From: a phage
DNA length: 64,000 nucleotides
Reading direction: 5' to 3' (one strand)
Sequence record: PZ452584.1
Positions 29,343-39,929 of this stretch are shown here, one piece after another. Within the stretch, counting starts at the first letter, position 1. Each line of letters starts with the position of its first letter. A model generated the notes under the pieces. It made no database searches and was not told where the DNA came from. It saw only the letters and a list, made by a program, of their open reading frames with translations. A program made the translations under genes and the position numbers.

Positions 29343-29804
29343 TCATTGAGTTTTAATTACTGCTTTAGAAGCCTTTCCTGGTAAACGACGACTATTGATA
29401 ATTGCCATCCTGCACTGAAGTGACGGGTTTTTGAACTTCGCATTAGGTTTACAAACTGTAAATCCAAGCCAAAGATTTCCATCTGTGATTTCTAAACGTC
29501 CAGGACGATATTCAACCCCATCAATAAAATCCTCGTCAATGTCAGGACGCGGAGGCATACTCAGGAATTCATTAACTTCTAAAACATGGTCTTTTATTTT
29601 ATGGAATAATTCAAAAACATATGTCTCGTCAATCTCCCGTTGAATTGCACGATCAAGAAGATGCTGAGAATATTTTAGATGAAACGATGAGACCCCTGCT
29701 GCTTTTGATGCCTCACGAATCTCATTGTTAATTTGACGAAACTCCGACTCAAAGTGACGACGGAGCTTATTTCGACGGATAAAAACTTCTGTGTTGATAG
29801 TCAT
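29343..29804 (-). CDS. regB: Sequence-specific endoribonuclease RegB
   Basis: 153 aa beginning MTINTEVFIRRNKLRRHFESEFRQINNEIREASK, recognised as T4 RegB. Confidence 0.85.
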   Translation of the reverse strand: MTINTEVFIRRNKLRRHFESEFRQINNEIREASKAAGVSSFHLKYSQHLLDRAIQREIDETYVFELFHKIKDHVLEVNEFLSMPPRPDIDEDFIDGVEYRPGRLEITDGNLWLGFTVCKPNAKFKNPSLQCRMAIINSRRLPGKASKAVIKTQ

Positions 29805-29809
29805 GTTAT

Positions 29810-29860
29810 TCTCCTCTTAACTGATAGAAAAATTATACCACAGTCAAGAGGAAAAGTAAA
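29810..29860 (-). promoter_or_regulatory. Early promoter-like element upstream of regB
   Basis: ttataccacag...gaaaagtaaacag: minus-strand GTTTAC -35 with AT-rich -10. Confidence 0.4.
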
Positions 29861-29863
29861 CAG

Positions 29864-30184
29864 TTATTCTTTAAATCTGATCAATTTATTCATAGACTTT
29901 GAAACTTCTGCACGAACCTCATGTAGATTTTTGAGCTGTTCAAGACGCTGCGCATAGTAAGCAATTTCATCTTCTTCGAGACAGTCCTGCGAATCTTCTT
30001 TAAGATAGCGTGCATAATCCTGGAAAGCATTACGAATTACTTCTTGGAAGTCATCAAGACTTTGAATTTTCTTAGGAGCGGCAGATACACGACGAGGTGC
30101 AGTATAATACTCATAACCAAACCCTGCGCTTAATTGAGCCATTAGTATTTTTCCTCTGGTTGGAACACAGCACGGCAAGCCCAC
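29864..30184 (-). CDS. Hypothetical protein (vs.3 position)
   Basis: Track ORF. Confidence 0.35.
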   Translation of the reverse strand: MGLPCCVPTRGKILMAQLSAGFGYEYYTAPRRVSAAPKKIQSLDDFQEVIRNAFQDYARYLKEDSQDCLEEDEIAYYAQRLEQLKNLHEVRAEVSKSMNKLIRFKE

Positions 30185-30444
30185 ATACTTGCTTCTTTGA
30201 GTTTCGTTTTAGCAATAGTTAACTGATCGAGGCTTTCGGCGTAATTCTTCGCGAGTTCATCATCTTCACAGCTATCAAATGCTTCCCAAAATTCATTGTA
30301 TAAAGCATCAAAGATAAGTCCTAAACGAACTTCAGCGTCTTTAATAGCATTTACTTTACCGATTTTTTCGTCGGTATGTGGCTTATAACCTTTAATATCT
30401 TCAATCATATTTGACTTCCTCACCAGTACATAAATCGTATTCAA
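30142..30444 (-). CDS. Hypothetical small helical protein (vs.4 position)
   Basis: Track ORF; occupies the position of T4 vs.4 by gene order only. Confidence 0.35.
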   Translation of the reverse strand: MNTIYVLVRKSNMIEDIKGYKPHTDEKIGKVNAIKDAEVRLGLIFDALYNEFWEAFDSCEDDELAKNYAESLDQLTIAKTKLKEASMWACRAVFQPEEKY

Positions 30445-30622
30445 CTAAACGAATAGGTTCATGAATGCCATATCCCTGAACAGAAATTTCTGTAGTAGGA
30501 TAAATTCCATTAATATCACCCATGTTCCATGCTTCGTTAAATTGCTGTTCGCCTGAATTACTAAACCATTCGGCAAAAGCATTTAGCACATCTTCAGAAC
30601 CTTCAATAATTATCTTTGCCAT
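30401..30622 (-). CDS. Hypothetical small protein
   Basis: Track ORF. Confidence 0.3.
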   Translation of the reverse strand: MAKIIIEGSEDVLNAFAEWFSNSGEQQFNEAWNMGDINGIYPTTEISVQGYGIHEPIRLVEYDLCTGEEVKYD

Positions 30623-30983
30623 TACAAACTTTCAGTAAAGGTACGAGCGATAACGTCGCGCTGCTGTTCCGGAGTCAGAGAGTTAAAGCGAACTGCATAA
30701 CCGGATACACGGATGGTCAGCTGCGGATATTTTTCCGGATGCTTAACTGCATCTTCCAGAGTTTCACGACGCAGAACGTTAACGTTCAGGTGTTGACCAC
30801 CTTCAATTTTAACTGTAGGCTGTGGCTCAATTTCAATTTCACGGGCATGCAAACCATAGAAAATTTCCGGGTCTACAAAAGAGTCCTCTTTAAAGGTTTA
30901 GAAACGATAATTCGTGCTTGAATACCATCTTCAAAATAAATAGTACCTTTATGTGTGCCTTCAAGAATTTGATATGCTTTCAT
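30622..30983 (-). pseudogene. GrcA/YfiD-like autonomous glycyl-radical cofactor gene, reading frame broken once
   Basis: C-terminal frame encodes ...[63 protein letters not shown]; a different frame from ATG at 30981-30983 encodes [30 protein letters not shown] then stops; one extra base at gtttctaaaccttta would join them. Confidence 0.5.
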
Positions 30984-30990
30984 ATAAACC

Positions 30991-31371
30991 TCAATTAGAA
31001 AATAAATTTATCCAAGATTGTTCTTTAATTAAAAATGGCTCAGAATCATATGCCATTAAACTTTGCGTAATTAATCCTTTAAAAGGTCCATCAATAAATT
31101 CCATGGTAAAATATGGAATTTTATTCATTAGCCGTGCATTAGGAGCAGTGCACAAAACTCTGCATCCTTTGAATACGCCTTTTTGTAATTTGTATTGCTT
31201 GGGATAAAATTCGCTTAAAATGTTGTTATTTGCCAAAATTTCAAAATGATTCACCAATTTATTTTTAATAGTTTTTGGCGAAAAATAAAGATATTCGAAA
31301 AGCTGAGTGTCTGTCATCATTGCATTCCGATTACGAAAAACTGTGGACGAGTAATACCACCAATGCAACAT
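30991..31371 (-). CDS. Hypothetical protein
   Basis: Track ORF. Confidence 0.35.
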   Translation of the reverse strand: MLHWWYYSSTVFRNRNAMMTDTQLFEYLYFSPKTIKNKLVNHFEILANNNILSEFYPKQYKLQKGVFKGCRVLCTAPNARLMNKIPYFTMEFIDGPFKGLITQSLMAYDSEPFLIKEQSWINLFSN

Positions 31372-31793
31372 TTAATATTACAGCAGCAGTGTACTGTGTC
31401 AATATGGACACTATAAATCTTATCCATATCAGGAGATTTGACAGGCTCATCAATTATATATAAAATTCGCGAAAGCGATAAACCTCTGAACTTGCTTCCT
31501 TTATTACCGATAAAACTGCGCACAGAATCAGTAAATAAACGAAAACGTATATCATCATTAGAATAACGCGAAAATTCCTTTTTGATGCTATTTGCAGAAA
31601 TTTTAGCGTAAGCTGAAGTATTAGAAAGAACAATAACTGTTCCACCATCTATACGAAGTGTGCAATACTGCTTAAGTAAGTCTTCAAATGGTGGGATATA
31701 ATCGTTTTTACAAATTTCTTCTACTCTAGCATCAGAATGGTGTGTAAAAGCATTCATCAGGGATAGATAAGGACCAGTTAAAAATGTTCTCAT
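31317..31793 (-). CDS. Hypothetical protein
   Basis: Track ORF. Confidence 0.35.
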   Translation of the reverse strand: MRTFLTGPYLSLMNAFTHHSDARVEEICKNDYIPPFEDLLKQYCTLRIDGGTVIVLSNTSAYAKISANSIKKEFSRYSNDDIRFRLFTDSVRSFIGNKGSKFRGLSLSRILYIIDEPVKSPDMDKIYSVHIDTVHCCCNIKCCIGGITRPQFFVIGMQ

Positions 31794-31937
31794 TTCTTCT
31801 CTCTAAATTTGGGCCATTCCGTGGCGCATGAATTGTCCATTTCTGTATTTACCCATTACCGCGCTTGGGCTCGACCTTATTACAGGTTGGCGGGAATCCC
31901 TCATATAATCATGAGGTCCAGGTTGTTCCCATGTTAT

Positions 31938-32354
31938 TTAAATGTAAATATTTTTGCCGTAATACTTATACCAGTGCGGCTTCATTAAAATTTTTTCATC
32001 GAGTCGTTGTTGACTCAACCTAATAGCTGATTTGCATGGATTATAATCATTTTTCCATTCTACTGGAATATCACTGATGTCAGGAACTTCAGTATCTTTT
32101 ATACTAAACCTGCGTTTTAAGCATTCCGTTATAATGTCTGATTGACGCTTTCGCAAAAATTCTAACTTATCGTAAAAGAACGTAACATGACCAGAACCTA
32201 AAATAAACTCGGAAGATATTTTAAAATCTTTAACCCGTTTACCATTTTCCACGTGTTTACGAATTATACCAAAAACACGTGGCAATTCACGGTATTCCGC
32301 GATTAAATGTTGATCAGCAAGTTCAGATACTAAAGTCAAATTAATACGAGTCAT
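31938..32354 (-). CDS. denV: Endonuclease V (pyrimidine-dimer DNA glycosylase)
   Basis: 138 aa, [28 protein letters not shown]..., recognised as T4 DenV. Confidence 0.9.
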   Translation of the reverse strand: MTRINLTLVSELADQHLIAEYRELPRVFGIIRKHVENGKRVKDFKISSEFILGSGHVTFFYDKLEFLRKRQSDIITECLKRRFSIKDTEVPDISDIPVEWKNDYNPCKSAIRLSQQRLDEKILMKPHWYKYYGKNIYI

Positions 32355-32359
32355 TTTAC

Positions 32360-32410
32360 CCCTCCAAGTAATTATGAATATACTATCACAATTCTAGGAG
32401 AAAGTAAACT
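32360..32410 (-). promoter_or_regulatory. Early promoter-like element upstream of denV
   Basis: atgaatatactatcacaattctaggagaaagtaaactg; near-identical copy at 33390-33445. Confidence 0.4.
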
Positions 32411-32411
32411 G

Positions 32412-32714
32412 TTATTTACCTTTAATTACTTTAGCTGCTTCGATAGCCGCTTGCTGAAGGTCATCCATAGACATACCGAATTTAGAAGCAAAGTTATCAA
32501 TTTTCTTTTCGACAGCATTCAAAGGCTTGGCCTGTTTACCTTCATTAGCGCCAGGAAGAGCGAGAATACGCTCTTTGTCAATATAAAGGCTTACAAGTTT
32601 CTTACGGTCTTTATCGGACAAATCATGAAATGAATGGGCCTTTTTATTTATAGCGGCTTCTAATTTACCTGCACTCACTCGCGCTTCAGTAATAAATTCT
32701 TGATATGTTTTCAT
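32412..32714 (-). CDS. ipII: Internal head protein IPII
   Basis: 100 aa with capsid-targeting leader MKTYQEFITEA. Confidence 0.85.
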   Translation of the reverse strand: MKTYQEFITEARVSAGKLEAAINKKAHSFHDLSDKDRKKLVSLYIDKERILALPGANEGKQAKPLNAVEKKIDNFASKFGMSMDDLQQAAIEAAKVIKGK

Positions 32715-32755
32715 ATGTTTCCTTTAAATGTAAATAGGTCTGAGTATTAGCTTTA

Positions 32756-33352
32756 TTAGGAATTACGGGCTGCATTAGCAACGGCGTAAGCGTACTGAAC
32801 ATTAGCGTCTTTAAACTTACCTTTAGAGGTATCTATTTCTGCCTTAAAGCCACCTTTAGTCATAACATCGGCAAATTCTTTACGGAAAGCCATTGCATCA
32901 AGACCTTTCCATGATGATTTATGCTTGGCAAATTCAAGACCTGCGAAGTTGACAGCTTTAGCCAATTTATTATCAATGACCCATTTACCGGCTTTAGGCA
33001 CAAACTTCGGGCCTTTCTGTTTAGAGAACAGTTTTAAATTCCAGCGGCGAAGGTCACTGTCGGCTTTAACAAAAGCTGCGTCTAAGTTACTAGCAACAAC
33101 ATCTTCAATATGAGCAAATTTAAGTCCGTCAACTTCAATATTTAAATCGGTACGCCAGCGAAGTCCTTCCCAAGCGAAGGCTTTAAAGTCGGAAGCCTTT
33201 GTAGCTAAGTACCGTTCAATAGGAGCTGTTTTAGGGTCAAAGCCGTTTCCTGGGCGGTCAACACCATTTCCTCGGTAGGTCCACTCATCTTTGTTAATGC
33301 CTTTGGCCTTTACTACAGAAGCTTCGGCAATAAATTCTTGATATGTTTTCAT
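32756..33352 (-). CDS. ipIII: Internal head protein IPIII
   Basis: 198 aa with leader MKTYQEFIAEA. Confidence 0.85.
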   Translation of the reverse strand: MKTYQEFIAEASVVKAKGINKDEWTYRGNGVDRPGNGFDPKTAPIERYLATKASDFKAFAWEGLRWRTDLNIEVDGLKFAHIEDVVASNLDAAFVKADSDLRRWNLKLFSKQKGPKFVPKAGKWVIDNKLAKAVNFAGLEFAKHKSSWKGLDAMAFRKEFADVMTKGGFKAEIDTSKGKFKDANVQYAYAVANAARNS

Positions 33353-33389
33353 ATGTTTCCTTTAAATGTAAATATTTTAATTAGTAATT

Positions 33390-33445
33390 GTCTATTCAAG
33401 TAATTGTGAATATACTATCACAGTTCCAAGAGAAAGTAAACAACT
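33390..33445 (-). promoter_or_regulatory. Early promoter-like element upstream of e
   Basis: gtgaatatactatcacagttccaagagaaagtaaacaactttatag. Confidence 0.4.
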
Positions 33446-34414
<969 letters not shown>

Positions 34415-34433
<19 letters not shown>

Positions 34434-34903
34434 TCAGTGATAAAGTTATTTAAATTTTGAGCATATTTCTTTTCATCAAAAATCTTTTGCTGTCTGCGTA
34501 AACGCCATGGCATTTCAATGAACATACGCCATATTCCTGATAATACTGCTGCTGTAAAAATATTAACAAGTATAGTTAAAAGAATCCAATCGCCTATTCT
34601 GTCCATTGGATTTTTTATAAAAAAGTAAAATACGAATGATGATATAGGAAGACTAATGATATACCACAGAAGAACCTTCTTATCTGTGAACCAATCAGCA
34701 TTTGTTAACTTAGCGCGACCATTTTGAATACACACGAATTTATCATCTGTTACAGTAAATGGCTTAGCTGCTTGATATCCCATTCTAAACTCCCTAATTA
34801 ATCGTTTCTTTGTATCTTCGGAACAACCATTCCAGTCAACTCTATCAACTGAAATGCCATCATCCCCATCATCTAAATCATACCAGCGAGTTTTTAAAAT
34901 CAT
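34415..34903 (-). CDS. Hypothetical membrane protein (family of three tandem ORFs)
   Basis: Hydrophobic helices; ends ...FITECRKLK with stop overlapping the next start. Confidence 0.4.
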
Positions 34904-35262
34904 TTAATTTTCCTACAATCACTCACAAACTCTTTCATTGCTTCATTTTCAATATAAGACATGTAGCTATTATATTCTTTTAATTGTATTTTGTAATCTT
35001 TTTTTCTTTGCCAATTTATTTTAAAATTATCATAATGAAAATATAAAATGATACCAAAGAATGAAAATAATGAAATAATTTTAGTATAGTGAAGTTCACT
35101 CCAAACTTCTATTATATCTACTGTACCACTGATTTTTAAAATAAAACAGTCAATTAATAGTCCAATAAGACTACCCGTAAGAGCTGCAGCCAACGCCACA
35201 GCAAAAATCAAAAATGACTCAGGAAGCGAATATTTGACTTTATTTAGTTTTGGCTTTTGCAT
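34900..35262 (-). CDS. Hypothetical membrane protein (family of three tandem ORFs)
   Basis: Two hydrophobic helices; ends ...FVSDCRKIK. Confidence 0.4.
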   Translation of the reverse strand: MQKPKLNKVKYSLPESFLIFAVALAAALTGSLIGLLIDCFILKISGTVDIIEVWSELHYTKIISLFSFFGIILYFHYDNFKINWQRKKDYKIQLKEYNSYMSYIENEAMKEFVSDCRKIK

Positions 35263-35636
35263 CGTGATTCCTTAACAAATTTCATAATTTCATCAAATTC
35301 ATATGCAGCAAGTTTAAGCTGGTGTTCCTTTTTAATCTTTTTACACTGTGCTTTCCAATCACGTACGCGTTTACGATAATGCCTTCCTTGATACCAGTAT
35401 CCTACCCAATTTACAGGTACTAATAAAAATGGAACTATTAATGGAAGAATTAGCATTAATACAAGTATTTCGCCAGAATCAATATCAGTCATAACATCTA
35501 AAACACCTCCAATAATCAATAGAATTACAAATGATATGAGTATAACAGGACCTATTAATACATCAGTAGAAATTATCTGACGCTTTAATTCATACTTTAA
35601 GGGTTTACTTGGAAGATACATTGATGGCTTTGACAT
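35244..35636 (-). CDS. Hypothetical membrane protein (family of three tandem ORFs)
   Basis: Two hydrophobic helices; ends ...FVKESRCKSQN. Confidence 0.4.
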   Translation of the reverse strand: MSKPSMYLPSKPLKYELKRQIISTDVLIGPVILISFVILLIIGGVLDVMTDIDSGEILVLMLILPLIVPFLLVPVNWVGYWYQGRHYRKRVRDWKAQCKKIKKEHQLKLAAYEFDEIMKFVKESRCKSQN

Positions 35637-36213
35637 ATTCTCTGCATTCCTTCACAAATTTTTCTAGTAATAAATCGCTTTCAAAATTGGGATTTTCCAC
35701 GAATTTATCAAAAAGATCATCAACAATAGTTAAGATATTCTTTTTACTAAGAATACGTTTATTTTCATGCTTCGTTTCAGAATCAACTATAAGAGTAAAG
35801 AAATATTTCTTTCCCTGAAATTTTACCGTAGTATCAATATAAAATAAATTTGACTTTTGTAAATTACGTTTAAACCATGCGTCACTTAAACTATAAACGC
35901 CAAGATAATCATAATCGTCGTTTAAATAACAAACTGTCCATTCAGGAGAAATGAAATCAGTAAATTCAACATCAAAATCACATGTCAATGAATAAATTGA
36001 TTCAATACTGTTAATAAGTATTCCAGGACGTATTAAAGACTTTTTACCTCTGGAAAATCTTCCAGAAAGGCTTTCATCAGTTTCATATGAAGAACCCCAA
36101 TAATAATTACGTCCTTCTGCCATACGTTTAAGAGCATTTAGTAATTGGTCTGGAACATCAACCTGTCTTTGGAACTCTTCAAACATTGAATTGAAATCAC
36201 TTTGCATTTTCAC
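35605..36213 (-). CDS. Hypothetical protein
   Basis: 202-aa track ORF. Confidence 0.4.
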   Translation of the reverse strand: MKMQSDFNSMFEEFQRQVDVPDQLLNALKRMAEGRNYYWGSSYETDESLSGRFSRGKKSLIRPGILINSIESIYSLTCDFDVEFTDFISPEWTVCYLNDDYDYLGVYSLSDAWFKRNLQKSNLFYIDTTVKFQGKKYFFTLIVDSETKHENKRILSKKNILTIVDDLFDKFVENPNFESDLLLEKFVKECREYVKAINVSSK

Positions 36214-36254
36214 TCCTATTTACTCCAAGTAATAGGGGCCGAAGCCCCTTATCA

Positions 36255-36848
36255 TTATTTCAGAGAATTAATATATTCCTGAACATCGGCAGAGGTAGTT
36301 TCAACCCCAGAAATATTACCATTAAAGGTTTCAACTCGAGCAAGGGTATCTTCAATATCAACCTTAGTCAGTGCTGCAATTTCAACTACATCATCAGCAG
36401 TACTAATTCCAAGGGCATTTGCTGCACGAGTTTCACGGATATATTCCAATTTAACTGCAAGTTCTTGGCGAGCATCATCTAACTCAACTACTTTCTTGGC
36501 GATTTCAATTCGCATTTCAGCATAACCATCAGCTTTAGTAGTCAGCTGTTCAGCTGTTCGACGATATAGCAAACCGAGTTTAGCATGCATTGTTACATCT
36601 TGACCTTCGGAAAGAAGTTTACGAATTTCACGCTCTTTTGATTCGGCCTGTCGATTCTTTTCGGCAATAAGTTCACGAATACGTTTTTCTTCATTAATAG
36701 ATTTAACAGAAGCAGTTTTTAGGTCTTTAATTTTATCAAGTAGTTTTGCTGCTGCGGCAGTATACTGTTCTTCAACAGATAGATTTTTGGCCATAGCAGA
36801 ACCAAGTTTAGTGCGAATAAACTCAACAATTTTCTTCAGTGTGTTCAT
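36255..36848 (-). CDS. Coiled-coil protein, PspA/IM30-like composition
   Basis: 197 aa, almost entirely helical with E/K/R/A-rich heptads; resemblance to PspA is compositional only. Confidence 0.4.
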   Translation of the reverse strand: MNTLKKIVEFIRTKLGSAMAKNLSVEEQYTAAAAKLLDKIKDLKTASVKSINEEKRIRELIAEKNRQAESKEREIRKLLSEGQDVTMHAKLGLLYRRTAEQLTTKADGYAEMRIEIAKKVVELDDARQELAVKLEYIRETRAANALGISTADDVVEIAALTKVDIEDTLARVETFNGNISGVETTSADVQEYINSLK

Positions 36849-37137
36849 AGTATTTCCTTAGGTTAATTAAGATTTAAAATCCATGAGAGTATTATACTCC
36901 GGATAGTTTGTAAACTATTTCAACATCGTCTTTTGCTGCTTTATAACCTTCAGCCCAAGATACAACCGAGTTTTTATCTGAAGATTCAAATTCTGGCATT
37001 GGGCTTTCGCCAATGTTCACGCAGTGTGTTTCTTCATTTTCGTCAAACCAAATAATTAAAGTAGTCATTTATTTCTCCGTTTTCTGTATTTGTTTTGATA
37101 AGTCTATAATAACACCGTCCTTGGTGTTTGTACACAA

Positions 37138-37413
37138 TTATTTCATATTATTGAAATATTCTTCTGCGATTTCATCGTTATCATGGTAAACTTTAGAAGA
37201 CAGTTTAACATAACCTTCAGCAGTGAACATGTTAATCACAACCTTTACAGTATACCACTGACCGTCTTCATTACCCATTACTGCGTAAGTTTCAAACATC
37301 GGATGATCAGGACCGATAACTTTAATATCATTCACTGTACGACCAAAATCTTCTGAAACACATTTCATAAAGAAGTTGAACAGTTCGCCGTAATTATCCA
37401 TTTCATTCTCCAA
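37138..37413 (-). CDS. Hypothetical protein (e.8 position)
   Basis: Likely start MDNYGELF preceded by GGAG; downstream of the promoter at 37440-37475. Confidence 0.4.
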   Translation of the reverse strand: MENEMDNYGELFNFFMKCVSEDFGRTVNDIKVIGPDHPMFETYAVMGNEDGQWYTVKVVINMFTAEGYVKLSSKVYHDNDEIAEEYFNNMK

Positions 37414-37439
37414 GTTGTTTTCTGTATCAGTAGTTGATA

Positions 37440-37475
37440 GTTGTATAGTACCATGGAAGAACAGGGATGTAAACA
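37440..37475 (-). promoter_or_regulatory. Early promoter-like element (-35 GTTTAC)
   Basis: gttgatagttgtatagtaccatgg...gatgtaaacagttttgtgaaaaaaaaaaatttt. Confidence 0.5.
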
Positions 37476-37610
37476 GTTTTGTGAAAAAAAAAAATTTTTA
37501 AAGGTTTTGGGGAATTCTAGGGCAGGGAGGGGAAATCAAAGGATAGGATAATATATTATAAAGGATAGAAACTAAATGATGCCTAGAGAGGCCTGGAAAG
37601 GCCTAGATAC

Positions 37611-37640
37611 CAAAAAATCCCTATCATTTAGATAGGGATT
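37611..37640 (-). terminator. Rho-independent terminator after the IP-like gene
   Basis: Minus strand reads aaatccctatctaaatgatagggattttttgg: 8-bp stem followed by T6. Confidence 0.55.
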
Positions 37641-37645
37641 TAAAA

Positions 37646-38209
37646 TTATTTACCCAGTTTAGTTATTATAGCTTCGGCAGCAGCTTTTAGCTTAGATGCA
37701 GTGTTAATACGATTTTTAATTTCAGTATACGCATCGCCAAGAACATCAAGGCTGTCAGAATAAACACTTACACTATTGCGTTCGCTATTTGAAATAGAAC
37801 CTTTAGTTTTACGATCAAAATCGGTGTACACGTCTTGAAGATCGCGGGCTGCCTTCTTTGCATCATCCAATGCATCAAGAGCTTTATTCAAAGCATTGAC
37901 ATATTTTTTAGTGTCAAACATATTCTTAGAAATTTTAACAGGTGCACGTTCAGGAGTAGCTAAGGCAGATTTAGGAACCTGAGCGCCTGATGCTAATTTC
38001 TTAGAAATTTTGAAAAATGCTTTATTGAATTTATTTTCTTGACTCATCGTAAAAGAACTATTATCAATGTTATACATTTCAATAGCTTTAGCTTTCCACT
38101 TAAGAAAATCGCCCCGGTCTTTTGGGTCCAAGTGGAAGAATACTTTAGTAAGATCTGTTTCAGATGGTAATTTTGCTGCTTCGGTTAAAAATTCGGCATA
38201 GGTTTTCAT
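37646..38209 (-). CDS. Internal-protein-like capsid-targeted protein (novel IP family member)
   Basis: 187 aa beginning MKTYAEFLTEA, same leader pattern as IPII/IPIII with L-x-E cleavage context; rest unlike IPII/IPIII. Confidence 0.55.
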   Translation of the reverse strand: MKTYAEFLTEAAKLPSETDLTKVFFHLDPKDRGDFLKWKAKAIEMYNIDNSSFTMSQENKFNKAFFKISKKLASGAQVPKSALATPERAPVKISKNMFDTKKYVNALNKALDALDDAKKAARDLQDVYTDFDRKTKGSISNSERNSVSVYSDSLDVLGDAYTEIKNRINTASKLKAAAEAIITKLGK

Positions 38210-38295
38210 TTAAAATCCTTGAAATAATCTATCGGTTGGTTATTAATTATTTATTACTTTGTTATTATCCGTAACAGCATTCTCTGAGTGATTCA

Positions 38296-38322
38296 AACTA
38301 AAAAGCCCCAACCTTTCGGTCG
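38296..38322 (-). terminator. Rho-independent terminator ending the tRNA/stable-RNA transcription unit
   Basis: Minus strand reads agccccgaccgaaaggttggggctttttag. Confidence 0.55.
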
Positions 38323-38643
38323 GGGCTAAGCCTTGCGGCAACCTTGTCGGGGTTCCACCTGCTAAGGCAAGTGTTTGTACGAAACGCCGGGATTTGAACC
38401 CGGTTATTAAGTAGTTGACGCTACTCAATATTTTTAAAAGGCCATATCTCAACCATATCCGAACGTTCCGTCAAAAACGCTACTCGGCTTACGGCAAAGA
38501 TATTTCCTCGAATCGATAATTCGGTGCGCCGTTTCTGCTGTGATATAAGGGGGCATTAATAAAACATAAAGATTTATTAATGCCAGTCCTTAAACAGGGA
38601 GCATCAGTCCGACGACTTACCGGTAGCGACCCGGTTTCTTGTT
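38323..38643 (-). ncRNA. Stable small RNA region (position of T4 RNA C / RNA D); boundaries approximate
   Basis: About 320 nt non-coding between tRNA-Arg and terminator; contains a tRNA-like T-arm (ccgggttcaaatcccgg on minus strand). Confidence 0.35.
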
Positions 38644-38720
<77 letters not shown>

Positions 38721-38723
38721 TAA

Positions 38724-39389
38724 TTAAAATTTCATTTTTCGACCTTTAAACCATCCTTCTGGAATTGGGTCAGTTTTCTTAATACGTTTAGAAACTTTTT
38801 CATCTAATGAATGAATCCACATCATACCAAATTGGGAATTCTTTTCACCTTGTTGGTGTTTATTTCTGGCGTGAGATTCTTTCATTTTATTAATAGTTTC
38901 AGGAGTATGGGTCTTACCCAAGAAAGATTTAGTATTTAAAAATTTCTCTCTATACTTAGGATTATCCCAAAGCTGTTTAAACCTTTCTGAACCCATTTTA
39001 CGATATTTTTCTTTAAGGTCTAGGTCGTTCTCAAATCTGGTTTTAAAAGCAGCAGCCCCTTTTAAGGAAGCTTCTTTCTTTTTATCCAAATATTCTTTAG
39101 TGTTTAAATGGTCCCAACCACCTTCACCACCTAATTTCAAATTATAAACATCAGGGCGCTTTAAAAACTCTTCAGTCACAATATTCTTTTCTGACTCAAA
39201 CATAGAGGTTTTATCGTCAAAGAACTCTAATATTTCTTTAGAGAAATTTTCTATACCATACTTGTCTTGGGCTCTTTTTAATAATTTACCAGAACCCATA
39301 TATCCATCATCTAAATTTTCGGTAGAATGAGCGCCTATATAGATTTTATTATTAATTTTATTTGTTATTTTATAAGTGTAATGGAACAT
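38724..39389 (-). mobile_element. segB: GIY-YIG homing endonuclease SegB within the tRNA cluster
   Basis: MFHYTYKITNKINNKIYIGAHST... GIY-YIG motifs; placed between tRNA-Arg and the seven-tRNA block as in T4. Confidence 0.8.
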
Positions 39390-39430
39390 AAATATCTCCT
39401 ATTTCTAAGAGTATTTATGTTCCCAAAATA

Positions 39431-39502
39431 TGGCCCTGGGTGGAATTGAACCACCATCTGGCGATTATGAGTCGCTTGCTTGAACCTTCCAGCTACAGGG
39501 CC
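39431..39502 (-). tRNA. tRNA-Ile (anticodon CAU; Met cannot be excluded)
   Basis: Acceptor GGCCCUG/CAGGGCC, T-arm GGUGGUUCAAUUCCACC, anticodon loop CUCAUAA. Confidence 0.7.
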
Positions 39503-39508
39503 TTGATA

Positions 39509-39581
39509 TGCTGATTGACGGAATCGAACCGCCGACATCCTCATTACAAGTGAGGTGCTCTACCTACTGAGCTAAATCAGC
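39509..39581 (-). tRNA. tRNA-Thr (anticodon UGU)
   Basis: Acceptor GCUGAUU/AAUCAGC, T-arm GGCGGUUCGAUUCCGUC, anticodon loop CUUGUAA. Confidence 0.75.
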
Positions 39582-39588
39582 GAAATTA

Positions 39589-39675
39589 CGGAGGCGATAG
39601 GATTTGAACCTATGAGTCGCCGGAGCGACTGCCGGTTTTCAAGACCGGTGCATTAAACCACTCTGCCACGCCTCC
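39589..39675 (-). tRNA. tRNA-Ser (anticodon UGA), long variable arm
   Basis: Acceptor GGAGGCG/CGCCUCC, anticodon stem-loop CCGGUCUUGAAAACCGG, T-arm AUAGGUUCAAAUCCUAU. Confidence 0.75.
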
Positions 39676-39677
39676 AG

Positions 39678-39751
39678 TCTCCGCGGCAGGATTTGAACCT
39701 GCGACATTCTGCTCCCAAAGCAGACGCTCTACCAAACTGAGCTACACGGAG
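39678..39751 (-). tRNA. tRNA-Pro (anticodon UGG)
   Basis: Acceptor CUCCGUG/CGCGGAG, anticodon stem-loop UCUGCUUUGGGAGCAGA, T-arm GCAGGUUCAAAUCCUGC. Confidence 0.75.
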
Positions 39752-39763
39752 TAAATTAAATTT

Positions 39764-39835
<72 letters not shown>

Positions 39836-39841
39836 AAACTT

Positions 39842-39928
39842 TGGTACGAGAAGTGGGACTCGAACCCACAAGGAAATCATTCCGCAGCATTTTAAGTGCT
39901 GTGCCTTTACCAATTTGACCATTCTCGC
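39842..39928 (-). tRNA. tRNA-Leu (anticodon UAA), long variable arm, CCA encoded
   Basis: Acceptor GCGAGAA/UUCUCGU, anticodon stem-loop CAGCACUUAAAAUGCUG, T-arm GUGGGUUCGAGUCCCAC. Confidence 0.7.
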
Positions 39929-39929
39929 G

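Noticed and set aside
30142-30444. Naming ORF 30142-30444 as the anti-CBASS sponge Acb2
   Set aside because: Only the gene-order position matches T4 vs.4; I cannot verify sequence identity from memory, so the symbol is left blank.
36893-37070. 58-aa minus-strand ORF (MTTLIIWFDENEETHCVNIG...) between the coiled-coil gene and the e.8-position gene
   Set aside because: Below the track threshold and no recognisable motif; may be a real small gene (e.7 position) but support is insufficient to list it.
38243-38452. 69-aa minus-strand ORF overlapping the stable-RNA region
   Set aside because: Overlaps a terminator hairpin and a tRNA-like T-arm; region is better explained as non-coding RNA.
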